DNA of 64,000 bases from Phycisphaerae bacterium (GTDB taxonomy: Bacteria; Planctomycetota; Phycisphaerae; UBA1845; Fen-1342): the NCBI GenBank assembly GCA_963675745.2, contig CAXXWX010000005.1, positions 84,667-148,666 of the forward strand, given 5' to 3'. Position numbers and translations under genes: made by a program. This document shows positions 8,260 to 20,476 of this stretch, piece after piece (the first letter of the stretch is position 1; every line of letters begins with the position of its first letter). The notes under the pieces were generated by a model. It was not told the DNA's origin. It did not search any database and worked only from the letters and a program-made list of their open reading frames with translations.

Positions 8260-10746
8260 TCACTTGGGCGTCGCGGCGCGGACTACGACGCCGTCAACTG
8301 GCGGGAGCTGCAGAGTCAGTGTATCCGCCTTGCTCTTGAGCGCGCCGACTTCACCCCAGACGCCCTGCCACGCGGACGGCGAGCCTTTCGGCAACTTGAC
8401 GCTGATCTCGCGCGGCTTGTCCGATGCGTTCAAAGCGACCACGAGCTGCTCGTTGGCGTCACTGCGCAGGAACGCCCACACATCCCGCTCGTCATCGACC
8501 AGGAGTGTCTCGAACAACCCGGTGCGCAAAGCCGGATGCGCATTGCGCAGCGCGATCGCTTTCTGGTAGTGCGCCAGGTGCTCGGTGATTACCGAGTTTT
8601 CTTCCGGCTTCTCGTAGGGCTCCAGGTCTTGCCACAGCATCGGCTTGCGGCAGGTCGGGTCATCGGCGCCCCACATTCCCGCCTCGTCCCCGTAGAAGAT
8701 CATCGGAGCGCCGATGTAGGTCATCTGGAGCAGCACGATCAGCCGCGCTCGACGATAGGCTTCCGCGGGCGGCTTGTCATTGTTGTAGTTCGGGCCGCTG
8801 TCCTGCACACGGTTGGCGTCGTCATACTGGCGATCGGGGTTGATGACCATTGATACCAGGCGGTCGGTGTCGTGGCTGTCCATCAGGTTTTGCAGCACGA
8901 GCGTCGCAGGCAGCGGATAGGCCAGCCGCAGGTCCGTCAGCCGCCGATCGAATTCGCTGACGCTGATCTTGTTCTCGTGATCGATGATCCAGCGGACCAC
9001 CGCGTTGGCAAACTCGTAGTTCATGACCGCGTCGAAGTGTTCGCCGTCGAGCCACGTATCGGCCCGGTCCCAGATTTCCCCCGTGATATAGGCGTCCGGG
9101 TTGATCGATTTCACCAGGGCGCGCCACTCGACCCAGAACGGAGCGGGGATGCTGCCGGGCACATCCAGGCGCCAGCCGTCGATGCCGTCGCGCGGATCAC
9201 CGTCGCCGTCCGGGTCCATCCAACGGCGCGTGACATTGAAAATGTGTTGCTTGGCCTCTTCACTTGCCAGACCGTTCGCCGACTTGCGAAACTCCGGCAG
9301 GGCGTCGAACCCGCCCCAGCCGACATACTCAAAGGGCTCCCACGACGTCACGCTGAACCAGTCGGCGTACGGCGAATCCTGTTTCTTCTCGAGCACATCG
9401 ACAAACGCCGGATGGGCCGTGCCCACATGGTTGAACACGCCGTCAATGATGATGTGAAGTCCGGCGGCGTGAACCTGCTCGATCAGCTTCAGGAAGCGCT
9501 TGTCGGACTTGGTCCACTTCCAGGTCGCGGGGTCATTGAGATCCTCGCCGGCTGTGATTTTGTCGTAGTCATCAGCGGGCCCGGCGCCAAAGCACGGGTC
9601 TATGTGCAGGTAATTGCGTGTGTTGTATTTGTGGTGACCCTGGGCAATAAAGACCGGATTCAGGTATAGCGCACCGACGCCCAGTTTCTTAAGGTAACCG
9701 AGCTTCTCCGCCAGCCCATCAAAATCGCCGCCGTACATGCGGTCAAACACATACCAGTTGTAAAATGACTGCCCCTGCGCCTCGCGCTCTTTCTCCCAGG
9801 GTTGAGCCGTAAACCAATCACTCGTCCACGGGTGCGCGGGCTGAACGTCGTTCGACGGGTCGCCGTTGCGGAAACGCTCGGGCATGATCTGGTACCAGAC
9901 GGTGTGCTTGGCCCAATCCGGGGTCTTGAAGACTTGCGTGTCGGCGAAGCTCTTGGAGTACACGTTGGGGGCGCTGGCGCGCAGGTTGCCGTCTTCGAAC
10001 ACGAACGTGTAGCGGATCGTGGTGACATCGGGGTCGTCGTTGTCGCTCAACCGGACGTCGGCTTCGTACAGGTCAAACATCGGAGTTTCGCGCGCCAGGT
10101 GCATCGGCGTAAGCTCGCCCCCTTTGACCGCCACCCAAGCGCGCTGTACGTCGTTGGCGAGCACGCGACAACGCAGTAACATGCGATCCGTCGCCAGCGG
10201 CTGAAAGTAGAGTGGCAGTTCGCCGCGGTGCTCGATCCCCATGGCGTTTATGCGGCCATCGCCGCGCTGTGCCTCCGAAACCGACAGGTTGGCGAGTTCG
10301 CCGAGCCGCAGCAGCGAGTTGCTGCCGCCGCGCTGGTCGTCGGCCCCGTCAGGATTCTCCGGATCGGGAAACCACGCCCCGCCGTCCACGACAAACTTGT
10401 ACTCGTGTCGTCCCGGCGCCAGGTCGACCGACGTCATCCAGTAGCCGTCGCCGCGCGGGCCACGCAGGCGCGTGGTGGTGGAGTTCCATCCGTTGAACGT
10501 GCCGGCGAGCGTGACCGATTGTGCGTCGGGACCGGGCTTGAAACGAAACGTGCAGTGCCACAGGCCGCCGTCGGCCATCTCGGCCTGAACGCTGGGGGGC
10601 AGACGCCCCGGGTCAGTCGCCATCTCTACTTCGAGTGGCGGTGCTGGTGGCCATGATCCCGCGACGGCAACCCCGGCGAGTAACCCCACGAACAGCAGCG
10701 CCCAGCCGCCCCGCATCATCAGCCCTTCATCACAACGGTATCTCAT
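8260..10746 (-). CDS. Secreted GH13 alpha-amylase/neopullulanase-like enzyme with N-terminal CBM48-type domain
   Basis: Hydrophobic signal; LAGTFNGW...YKFVVDG (CBM48); YQIMPERFRNGD, DGVFNH, DGWRLDV, GEIW, SHDTDR catalytic regions. Confidence 0.9.
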   Translation of the reverse strand: MRYRCDEGLMMRGGWALLFVGLLAGVAVAGSWPPAPPLEVEMATDPGRLPPSVQAEMADGGLWHCTFRFKPGPDAQSVTLAGTFNGWNSTTTRLRGPRGDGYWMTSVDLAPGRHEYKFVVDGGAWFPDPENPDGADDQRGGSNSLLRLGELANLSVSEAQRGDGRINAMGIEHRGELPLYFQPLATDRMLLRCRVLANDVQRAWVAVKGGELTPMHLARETPMFDLYEADVRLSDNDDPDVTTIRYTFVFEDGNLRASAPNVYSKSFADTQVFKTPDWAKHTVWYQIMPERFRNGDPSNDVQPAHPWTSDWFTAQPWEKEREAQGQSFYNWYVFDRMYGGDFDGLAEKLGYLKKLGVGALYLNPVFIAQGHHKYNTRNYLHIDPCFGAGPADDYDKITAGEDLNDPATWKWTKSDKRFLKLIEQVHAAGLHIIIDGVFNHVGTAHPAFVDVLEKKQDSPYADWFSVTSWEPFEYVGWGGFDALPEFRKSANGLASEEAKQHIFNVTRRWMDPDGDGDPRDGIDGWRLDVPGSIPAPFWVEWRALVKSINPDAYITGEIWDRADTWLDGEHFDAVMNYEFANAVVRWIIDHENKISVSEFDRRLTDLRLAYPLPATLVLQNLMDSHDTDRLVSMVINPDRQYDDANRVQDSGPNYNNDKPPAEAYRRARLIVLLQMTYIGAPMIFYGDEAGMWGADDPTCRKPMLWQDLEPYEKPEENSVITEHLAHYQKAIALRNAHPALRTGLFETLLVDDERDVWAFLRSDANEQLVVALNASDKPREISVKLPKGSPSAWQGVWGEVGALKSKADTLTLQLPPVDGVVVRAATPK

Positions 10747-10790
10747 CGGCGTATCTTCCTGGCTTCGTCTCGTACATGGATGCCGCGAGT

Positions 10791-10804
10791 GGCAAACGTT
10801 CCGC
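10791..10804. promoter_or_regulatory. Possible LacI-family operator between divergent amylase and ABC genes
   Basis: GGCAAACGTTCCGC, a CG-centred imperfect palindrome. Confidence 0.4.
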
Positions 10805-10884
10805 CTATGGTAATGGCGTAGGCGCCGTTAAGCCAATATCATGCGTCGATTAGACCGGAGTTGCGGCACTTGTCTGGGAGTGGA

Positions 10885-13467
10885 ATGGCACCGCAGGATA
10901 ACCACATCACCACCGACCGCGCGCAACCGATCTTGACCGCTATGCGCGGCGTATTCTGGGCCGCGCTCGCGACTTATGTCGCCTGTCGGTTGCTCTGCGG
11001 TTCTCCTGTTCGAATCGATGGTCCGCAGTGGTGGCCGTGGCTGCACGGGGCGCTGGCTTCGTTGCTCCTTCTGCTGGCCGCCGGGCGCGTCGTGGTCGCC
11101 ACGGTCAACCGAAAGCTCTTCCGCGAGATTCGGGTCGACGTCGCTATCTGCGCCGTGATCCTCGTCGTCTGGGCGTTTGGCTGGGTCATCTCGCGGCCCT
11201 ATCGGCTCGCGGCGGAACGCGGCGATCAGATCGAACTTGTGCTGATGAACTGGTCCGGCGGTGGTGGCCAGAAGGAAGAGCAGATCGTCGCCGACATGAT
11301 CGACCGCTTTCAACGCAGCCACCCACATATCAAGATCAAGCGCATCAACCCCGGCGACTCCGGCTCATACAACACCAAGCTCCAGACCATGATGGCCGCC
11401 GACGTGCCGCCCGACGTCTTTTACATGGCGTCCGAACGCTTCTCCACGTTTGCCGCCAGCGGCCACCTGGCTGACCTCGAAGCACTCATCGCCGCGGATA
11501 GCGCCAACAGCCGCCCCACATTGGATCTGGCCGACTTCTTCCAGAGCACGGTCGATTGCTTTCGCTTTGATGGCGAGACCACCGGTCGCGGAACGCTGTA
11601 TGGCATCCCCAAAGACTTCACCACCTGGGGTTTCTACTACAACAAGAACCTCTTCGACCGCGCCGGCGTGCCCTACCCTAGCGACGATTGGACCTGGGAC
11701 GATTTCGCTGACGCCGCGCGACGCATCGGCGCTCTGCCCGGCGTGCTCGGCGGCGCCGAATTCTCCTGTTGGGACGACCCCATTCGCAGCTATCTGTGGA
11801 CCTACGGCGTCGACGTGGTCGACGAAGACTTCAACTCGCGCGTTTTTGATCCACCGGTCCACAAGATTCTCGCGCAGCTTCGCGGCTGGCGCTTTGACGA
11901 GGAAAACACGCTGGTCAGCGGCGACAGCCAAGTCGCCCAGGGCCAGGACATTTTCGTCACCGGACGGGTTGGCATGGTCGGCCCGCTGGGACGCTGGGTG
12001 GTGCCGACCTACCGCGCCATCGAGGAGTTCGACTGGGACTTCGCCCCCCTGCCGCGCGGCACACAGCGCGCCAACGTGGTGGCGACGGTTGCGTGGTCGA
12101 TGAGCGCGCGGTCAGAGCATACCGATGAGGCATGGGAGCTGCTTAAGTACCTGAGCGGACCCGAAGGTCAGCGCCGCGTGGCCGAATTGGGGCTCGCCAT
12201 CCCGACGATCAAATCCGTCGCCGATACAGACGCCTTCAAAGACCCCACACTCAAGCCGGACAACGACCAGGCCTACCTCGACCAGGCGGCCTACGCGCGC
12301 ATCGCGACGACGCCCGGTTATCCGGAGTGGAAGAACACGCTCTCGAAGCGCTTGGAGGAGTTTCTGCGCTCGGGCAAACCGATGGACCAGACGCTCAGAG
12401 CGCTGGAGGCGGACTGGGCCCGCGATCGCGACAACCCGTTGCGCGTCGGCCACTATCCCCCGGTGAGCTGGGCCTGGGTTGCCCTGGTCGTGCTGGCGCC
12501 CCTGCTATTGGTGCTGAGTATAGGCGGCACGCTTTGGTGGCGCGGCCGACCTCAACGCATCGCCCTGCGCGAGGAGCTTGCCGGCTATGGATTCGTCAGT
12601 CCGTGGCTGATCGGTTTCTGTGTGTTCATGGCGTTTCCGGTGATTCTGTCGCTCGTGTTGAGCTTCTCCAAATGGGCCGGATACTCGACGCTGGCTCAGG
12701 CGCAATGGGTCGGCCTGGCGAACTACAAAACGCTGCTGTTTAACGACCCGCGCTTCTGGAGCAGCCTCTGGGTCACCGCCTATTACGCGCTTTTCGCCGT
12801 CCCCATCGGCCAGGCGCTGGCGCTCGGTGCGGCGGTGTTGCTGAACCACGAGCTCAAGTTCTCAGCGTTCTTCCGCAGCGCGCTATACCTGCCCAGTGTG
12901 CTGGCGGGCGTGGGCATCGCGATTCTGTGGCGTTGGGTGTTCGACGGCGAAGTCGGCCTCATGAACACATACCTGCTCGCGCCGGTGCTGGGACCATTTG
13001 GCGCCGAGGCACCCAAATGGTTCACCGGCGATGCGCGCTGGTTCGGACCGCCGGCCTTCGCGGTTATGAGCTTCTGGGCCATCGGCGGCACGATGGTAAT
13101 CTACCTCGCCGGCCTCAAGGGCATCCCCAAAGAGCTATACGAAGCCGCCTCCATCGACGGCTCGACGGTGCTTCAGCGCTTCCGCAACGTTACGCTGCCG
13201 ATGTTGAGCCCGGTGATGTTCTTCAACTTCATCATGGCGATCATCGGCTCGTTCCAAGTCTTCACGCAGGCGTTTGTGATGACCGGCGGCGGCCCCGGAG
13301 ACGATACGCGCTTCTACGTGCTGTATCTCTACAACCTCGCGTTTGATGACAGCCACATGGGCTACGCCTCGGCGATGGCCTGGTTGTTGCTGGTCGTGAT
13401 CCTGAGCCTGACGATGCTCACCATGTGGGGCTCGAAGCGGTTCGTTTACTATGAGGCCCTCAAATGA
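10885..13467 (+). CDS. Sugar ABC transporter: substrate-binding domain fused to MalF-type permease
   Basis: N-terminal TMs; SBP motifs (PPDVFY, LYGIP, YYNKNLFDRAGV, WTWDDF); then permease with IYLAGLKGIPKELYEAASIDG EAA loop; one unbroken ORF. Confidence 0.9.
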   Translation: MAPQDNHITTDRAQPILTAMRGVFWAALATYVACRLLCGSPVRIDGPQWWPWLHGALASLLLLLAAGRVVVATVNRKLFREIRVDVAICAVILVVWAFGWVISRPYRLAAERGDQIELVLMNWSGGGGQKEEQIVADMIDRFQRSHPHIKIKRINPGDSGSYNTKLQTMMAADVPPDVFYMASERFSTFAASGHLADLEALIAADSANSRPTLDLADFFQSTVDCFRFDGETTGRGTLYGIPKDFTTWGFYYNKNLFDRAGVPYPSDDWTWDDFADAARRIGALPGVLGGAEFSCWDDPIRSYLWTYGVDVVDEDFNSRVFDPPVHKILAQLRGWRFDEENTLVSGDSQVAQGQDIFVTGRVGMVGPLGRWVVPTYRAIEEFDWDFAPLPRGTQRANVVATVAWSMSARSEHTDEAWELLKYLSGPEGQRRVAELGLAIPTIKSVADTDAFKDPTLKPDNDQAYLDQAAYARIATTPGYPEWKNTLSKRLEEFLRSGKPMDQTLRALEADWARDRDNPLRVGHYPPVSWAWVALVVLAPLLLVLSIGGTLWWRGRPQRIALREELAGYGFVSPWLIGFCVFMAFPVILSLVLSFSKWAGYSTLAQAQWVGLANYKTLLFNDPRFWSSLWVTAYYALFAVPIGQALALGAAVLLNHELKFSAFFRSALYLPSVLAGVGIAILWRWVFDGEVGLMNTYLLAPVLGPFGAEAPKWFTGDARWFGPPAFAVMSFWAIGGTMVIYLAGLKGIPKELYEAASIDGSTVLQRFRNVTLPMLSPVMFFNFIMAIIGSFQVFTQAFVMTGGGPGDDTRFYVLYLYNLAFDDSHMGYASAMAWLLLVVILSLTMLTMWGSKRFVYYEALK

Positions 13468-14376
13468 CCCGCATGACCGCACCCCAGCTAAATCCCACCG
13501 CACGCCGCCCGATGGAGCGTGATTGGAACCGCATCGGCTACATGACAATGGTCTACGGCCTATTGACCGTCGTCGCCGTGCTGATGCTGTTCCCGATGTG
13601 GTGGATGATCGTCGTCAGCCTGGAGTCGGCGGACGAAGCGCGCCAGGCCGCCGCCGCCGCCGCCGGGTTTGACCTGCTTCCCAGTCAGCCGCAATGGGTC
13701 AACTATCCCGACGCACTGGCGGAGATGGGAACGGCGCGCTGGCGCGGTTTCCTCGACGCTTTCGCCAACACCATCGTGGTGACGACACTGAGCGTCATCG
13801 GACAGGTGCTTTCGTGCAGCCTGGTCGGGTATGCGTTCGCGCGCGTACGGTTTCGCGGGCGCGGCATGCTGTTCATCTTCATGATTTCGACCATGATGCT
13901 ACCGCCCCAGGTCACCATGATCCCGATGTTCATCATGTTCCGCTCGTTCGGCTGGATTGACACGATCCTGCCGCTGGTCGTGCCGACCTTCTTCGGCAAC
14001 GCATTTTTCATCTTCATGTTCCGGCAGTTCTTCTCGCAGATACCCGAAGCCCTGGTCGAAGCCGCCCGCCTGGACGGCTGCGGCGCATTGGGCATCTGGT
14101 GGCGCATCATGCTGCCGCTCTGCAAGCCGGTCATCGCGATAACCGCGATCTTCACCTTCATGTTCGTCTGGAACGACTTCCTCGGACCGCTGATCTACCT
14201 GCACGGCGAGGAACAGGCCACGCTCGCCATCGCCCTGAACTCTTTCCGCAACCAGTTCGGCGGCGTCGGCCAGGTCCACCTGCTCATGGCCGCCAGCATA
14301 GTCACCATGACCCCCTGCGTGATCCTGTTCTTTGTAGCCCAAAGACAATTCGTCGGCGGCCTGAGCATCGGCGCCG

Positions 14377-14387
<11 letters not shown>
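13464..14387 (+). CDS. Carbohydrate ABC permease (MalG type)
   Basis: FRQFFSQIPEALVEAARLDG EAA loop, WNDFLGPLIYL; ATGA overlap with upstream gene. Confidence 0.93.
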
Positions 14388-15362
<975 letters not shown>

Positions 15363-15366
<4 letters not shown>

Positions 15367-17914
15367 GTGTGCGGTACGGGGCGACCCCGTTGATCATAGC
15401 ACTGGATCTGAACCTGGTCCTGACTGAACGGCGGCTCGGGACGGATGGTGATGACGCGCCGGTGTTTGGCCTCCAGGTCGTACAGCATCGACCGCTTGCG
15501 GTTTTGCAGCGCGTTGGCCACCTCAGGGGCGAGCGCGATCTCAATCTGGTGTACGTGCTCGCGCGTGGCCGCCAGTTGCACCAGGCGCATCACGTCGATC
15601 ACGACCGACTCCAGCGTTTTGACCAACCCGCTGCCGCGGCAATGCGCGCAGTCCTGATAGACGTTGCGTGTCAGAGATGCCCGCTGGCGCTGGCGCGTGA
15701 TTTCAATCAGACCGAACTGGCTGAACCGCAGTACCTTCGCGCGTTCCTTGTGCTTCTTGAGGCTGTTGGTCAGGATGCGCTCGACGTGGCGCTTGTGACT
15801 TTCCAGCCGCATATCAATGAAGTCGCAGACGATTACGCCGCCCATGTCGCGCAGCCGGAGCTGCCGGGCGATCTCCTCGGCTGCCTCCACGTTCAGTTTG
15901 TAGGCCGTCGACTCGGCGTCATCCTCGGTGCGAAAGCGCCCACTGTTCACATCAATGGCCACGAGCGCTTCGGTCGCGTCGATGACCAGCGAACCGCCGC
16001 TCTTCAACGACACGCGGCGTGAGTGCAGCCGTTCGAGCTCGGCCTCGATGCCGTACTTGTGGAAGATCGGCTCGGGCGACTCGTACTGCTGGACGATATC
16101 GCGCGAGCGCGGACTGAATATCGACAGGAAATCACGCGCACGTTCGGTCACTTCCGGATCGTCCACGATGATCTTCTCGATGTCGGTGGTGAACGCGTCG
16201 CGGATCGTGCGGATGACCAGGTCGGACTCGCGGTACAGTTCGGCCGGGGGCTTTTCTTCCTTGATGCGTCGCTGAATGGTCCGCCACAGCCGTGTGAGGT
16301 AATTGAGGTCGCTTTGCAGCTCGCGCTTGGTATGGCCCTGGCGGCGGTTCGGGCGATAAAGCCGATGCCTTCGGGCAATTCGAGATCCGTCAGTTGTGCG
16401 CGCAACTTTTGACGGTTGTCGTCGTCTTCGATCTTGCGCGAGATGCCCAGCCGGTGCATCCCGGGCATCATGACCAGGAATCGACCGGGGATGCTCAGGT
16501 AGGTGGACAGCGTGGGGCCTTTGGTGCCGATTCCCTCCTTGGTGATCTGCACGACCAGCTCCTGGCCGCGGCGCAGGCACTTCTGGATCGGCGGACGCGC
16601 GCGGCGCGGCATCTTGCGGCCGACTTTCTCGACGACGCTGCCGCCGCTGGGGAAATAGTCGGGGTTCAGATCGGTGATGTGCAGAAAACCATTCTTGCCC
16701 AGCCCGAAATCAACAAAAGCCGCCTGGATACTGGATTCAACGTTGGTCACCAGACCTTTGTAGATACTGCCGACATGATTCTCGTAAGACGCGCGTTCGA
16801 GGTATATCTCCTCGAGTTTGCCGTTTTCGATGATCGCGATGCGACACTCATCCCGCGGCAGGAAATTGATGATCATCTCCTGATGCCCGGCGCTGGGCGC
16901 CTTTCCTACGGGCTCGTCTTCCTCCTCAGACGCCTCCTCAAGCTCCTCCTCGGTTTCAGGCTCGACCTCTTCCTCTTCGGCGACCGCCGTTTCGGCGGCG
17001 ACCACCGGCCCGGCCTCCGCCTCGGCGGTTCGATCGCGGGACTTGCGCCGCCGACCACGGCGTCGCTTGGCCTTGGCGGCGGGCGCGGCAGCTTTCTCGG
17101 CCGGTTCGTCATCAGGCTCAGTTGCCGCTGCCTTGGCGTCCGGCACATCCTCCGGCGTCACCGCGACCTGAGCGTCAGCGGATTCGGTCGCCTTGTCGGC
17201 CGCCTTGCCGTCGTGGCGACGTTTGCGGCGCAGACGCCGCTTCTGGCTGCGCGTGAGCTTGTCGGGCTCGGCGGCCTCGGTCCGGGCGGTCTCGACCGGC
17301 GCCATGGGCTGCTCATCGACGATAAACGCGCTACCCTCGCTCAACTCGAGACCGTTGACGTCGGCTACTTCCGTGACTTCATCCCAGGTCAGCGCGCCAA
17401 CTTCGCCATCCGGCGGCGCCGTCGCGGGGCGCTGATCTGCGGAATCCTCGGTTGTTACCGGTGCTTCGGCCTTGCCGGCGGGGGCAGTGCCGCTCGCGAA
17501 TGGCGGTTGGGCGACCGGCGGAAACCGGATGACAATCGAGCCGTCATCAGCTTCATGTCGCGTTACCGCGGCACCATTCGGGCTGTCCGCCTCGGCCGTG
17601 ACAGCCGGCGCTGCCCGCTTGGCTTTCTTGCGCGTCCGCCGCGCCTTGCGCTTGACGGGGGCGGTGCTTTTGCTTTCAGCGGTGACGTCCGCCTGCGGCC
17701 CAGAGCCGGCCGCCGCCTTGGCGGCCTTCTTGGTTGAGCGCGTGCTCGCTGTCTTGCGACGGGCCTTTTTCTTGCGCCCTGTCGGGGCGACGCTCTTTGG
17801 CGGTGCTTTGGCATCCGCCTCGGCGGTCGTCCCGCCGCTGGATTCAGCCGCCGCCGCCTTCTTGACCTTCTTGGCGACGCGTTTGCGCGTCGTCTTCTTG
17901 ACCTTTTTCGCCAA
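15363..17914 (-). CDS. rne: Rne/Rng family ribonuclease with long disordered N-terminus; 1-bp frameshift at ~16341
   Basis: ORF 16148..17914 holds the S1 region (GSIYKG, AAFVDFG, QITKEGIGTKGP); ORF 15363..16580 holds IDVNSG, LRDMGGVIVCDFIDM, CAHCRG. One extra C in GCC GC_ CAG gives ...RTAAQGHTKRELQSDL. Confidence 0.9.
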
Positions 17915-18647
17915 AACCTGATCCTTCCTGCGCAGTGGTCAGTCCATCAGGACTCCAAAGCGCGTGGTTCCATTCGACATCGACCAGCCGAATTCGATGC
18001 CTGTACTCTGTCAGGCACACACCTAATTCCTGCAAGACCTCGAGTGGGCGAGCGCTACGCTGCTGGTCGAAGGTCAGCCCCACCCGCAGCAAACGCCCCT
18101 CGGTCTCTATTGATTTGATGTACGGCCGAATATCCACGTTGCGCGGCGGCCGCGACGGTCCTGAGGCGCGCGACACGACCACCGAGTCACGCGCCAGCAG
18201 GGCCGCAATACGCGCATCCGACGGCGCGTCCCCATCCATCAGCCGAATCTCATAGCACGCGGCGCGCGCATGCGCCGTGGCGGCCGGGGCCGGCATGATC
18301 ACGCGCAACAGCGTGCAGCCGCTCGGCAGCGCAGCGCCGAGGCGCGCCGCCGAGTCCGCCCCATCCACATCCCGGCTCAGGCCGACCACGGCCAGTTGAC
18401 AGAGCGACTCCGTCCCCAGCGGCCGTGGCAGCGCGATTGATATCTTGGGTGAGGGGTTGAACCCGCGCGAGTACGCGATCGGCCACCGCGCGCGGATCAG
18501 GGCTCGTGACAGCATCCGCAGCTCATCGTGATGCGAGATATAACGCAGGTCACCCAACAGCGTGTACACAATCCCCGCGCGCGCCTGAACAACCCGCTCA
18601 TCGGCCGCGTCGGGGGGCACCTGCCGCGTGGTCGCCGTCATCATCAC
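17844..18647 (-). CDS. TIGR03936/DUF2344 radical SAM-associated protein
   Basis: LRYISHHD, YSRGFNPSPKIS, VDIRP, SARPLEVL; family usually sits next to rne/rng. Confidence 0.85.
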   Translation of the reverse strand: MMMTATTRQVPPDAADERVVQARAGIVYTLLGDLRYISHHDELRMLSRALIRARWPIAYSRGFNPSPKISIALPRPLGTESLCQLAVVGLSRDVDGADSAARLGAALPSGCTLLRVIMPAPAATAHARAACYEIRLMDGDAPSDARIAALLARDSVVVSRASGPSRPPRNVDIRPYIKSIETEGRLLRVGLTFDQQRSARPLEVLQELGVCLTEYRHRIRLVDVEWNHALWSPDGLTTAQEGSGFGEKGQEDDAQTRRQEGQEGGGG

Positions 18648-20404
18648 AGTGACTCCGGCACGACCTTGCGCAGCTCGTCACGCAAGTAGTTCATCACCTG
18701 CCGCTCGGAATCAAAACGCCGAACGCGGTTGGCAATCGTCCGACAACGCCGGGACGTGGTTGAACGGATGATCTTCTTCACCTCGGGGATGTCCTTGGGG
18801 GCCATCGAGAGCTGACGCAGCCCCAGACCGATCAGCAACTGGGTGTAAATGGGCGCGCCGGCCATCTCGCCACAGATGCTGACCTCCACGTCGTTTTGCT
18901 GGGCGGCCTTCATCACGTGGCCGATCAGCCGCAGCACAGCCGGGCTGTGCGGGGCATATAAATGCGCGACACGCTCATTGGCGCGGTCCACGGCGAGCGT
19001 GTATTGCGTCAAATCGTTGGTGCCGATGCTGAAGAACGAGACCTCCTTGACGAAACCGTCCGCCAGGAGGGCCGCCGCGGGTGTCTCGACCATCATCCCG
19101 ATCGGAATGTCACGCCGGTAACCGATCTCCTCCTCATCCAGATCCTCCATCACATCGCCGAGGATGTGCTTGGCTTGGCGCAACTCCATCAGTTGCGTGA
19201 CCATCGGGAACATCAGCCGGACGTCACCCTCGGCCGACGCGCGCAACAACGCGCGCAAATGTGTCTTGAACATGTCAATCTTGCGCATGCAGTAACGCAG
19301 CGAGCGCAGCCCCAGCACCGGATTCTGGTCGTGGGCGGCATCCAGCGCGCCGGGAATCTTGTCGGCGCCCAGATCCATCGTCCGAAACACCAGCGGACGG
19401 TCCTTCATTATGCGCACGGCGTCGCGAAACGCCTCGTATTGCTCCTCTTCGGTCGGCAACTGGGAATGCGCCAGGTAGACAAACTCGGTCCGGTACAGCC
19501 CGACGCCTTCGGCGCCGGCTTCAACCGCGGCGTTGGTCTCATCCGACAGCTCGATGTTTGCGAGCAGCGACACGCGTTTGCCGTCGCGGGTTGTGGCGGG
19601 CAGGTCACGCAGCTCACGCAGCTCGGTTATGAACCGCGTGTAGTCGCGCTGACGAGCGCGGAAACGCTCGATGATCGCTTCGCCGGGATCGGCAACCACG
19701 ATCCCGTGCGTGCCGTCAACGATGACCGTGTCACCGCCGGATACATCACTTGTGAAGGTCTCCAGCGCCACCACGGCGGGGATGCCCAGCATGCGCGCGA
19801 TGATCGCAGTGTGCGAAGTCTGGCCACCCACGTTAATCGCCAACCCGAGAATGTGCTCGCGATCGAGCGAGACAGCCTGTGACGGGCTGATGTCGTGCGC
19901 GACGATGATCACGGGCTCGGTGAGCTTGGCGATGTCCTCGCGCGCCCGGCCGAGAATGTGCCGCAGTACGCGCTTCTGAATGTCGAACAGGTCTCGGACA
20001 CGCTCCTTGAGGTACGGGTCGGCGACCGAGCGGAAGAGCTGCTGCTGTTTACGGATGACCTGCTCGAAGGCGAATGCCGCCGTGTAGCGGTTGCCTTCAA
20101 TCAGATCAACGGCGGCGGTACGCAGCTTCTGGTCGGCGATGAACTGTTCGTGAAACGCGAAGATCGCCGAGGTCTGCTCGCCGAGCTTGCGCGTCGCCCC
20201 CACACGCAGCTCACTGACTTCCTGACGTGCGGCATCCAGCGCGTCGTCGAGTATGCGTGTCTGCGTCGAAACCTGCGCAGCCTCGATCTCGCGCCGAGGT
20301 ATGCGGTACTCCTCGGTGTCAAGAACCAGGGCCGGGCCGATCGCCACACCTGGTGATGCGCTGATGCCGTGTTTGGATATCATAAACCGCGGATACCGCG
20401 CCAT
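18644..20404 (-). CDS. ptsI: PTS enzyme I
   Basis: GGQTSHTAIIAR (phospho-His), GVGLYRTEF, DLGADK, NPVLGLR, SIGTNDLTQY, CGEMAG. Confidence 0.96.
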   Translation of the reverse strand: MARYPRFMISKHGISASPGVAIGPALVLDTEEYRIPRREIEAAQVSTQTRILDDALDAARQEVSELRVGATRKLGEQTSAIFAFHEQFIADQKLRTAAVDLIEGNRYTAAFAFEQVIRKQQQLFRSVADPYLKERVRDLFDIQKRVLRHILGRAREDIAKLTEPVIIVAHDISPSQAVSLDREHILGLAINVGGQTSHTAIIARMLGIPAVVALETFTSDVSGGDTVIVDGTHGIVVADPGEAIIERFRARQRDYTRFITELRELRDLPATTRDGKRVSLLANIELSDETNAAVEAGAEGVGLYRTEFVYLAHSQLPTEEEQYEAFRDAVRIMKDRPLVFRTMDLGADKIPGALDAAHDQNPVLGLRSLRYCMRKIDMFKTHLRALLRASAEGDVRLMFPMVTQLMELRQAKHILGDVMEDLDEEEIGYRRDIPIGMMVETPAAALLADGFVKEVSFFSIGTNDLTQYTLAVDRANERVAHLYAPHSPAVLRLIGHVMKAAQQNDVEVSICGEMAGAPIYTQLLIGLGLRQLSMAPKDIPEVKKIIRSTTSRRCRTIANRVRRFDSERQVMNYLRDELRKVVPESL

Positions 20405-20476
20405 GGGCGGCCGTCCGGGCGCCGGACGACACGCCGTTGGTTCGTTCGTTTCTTCAAATTCCGTGAGTGGTCCGGC

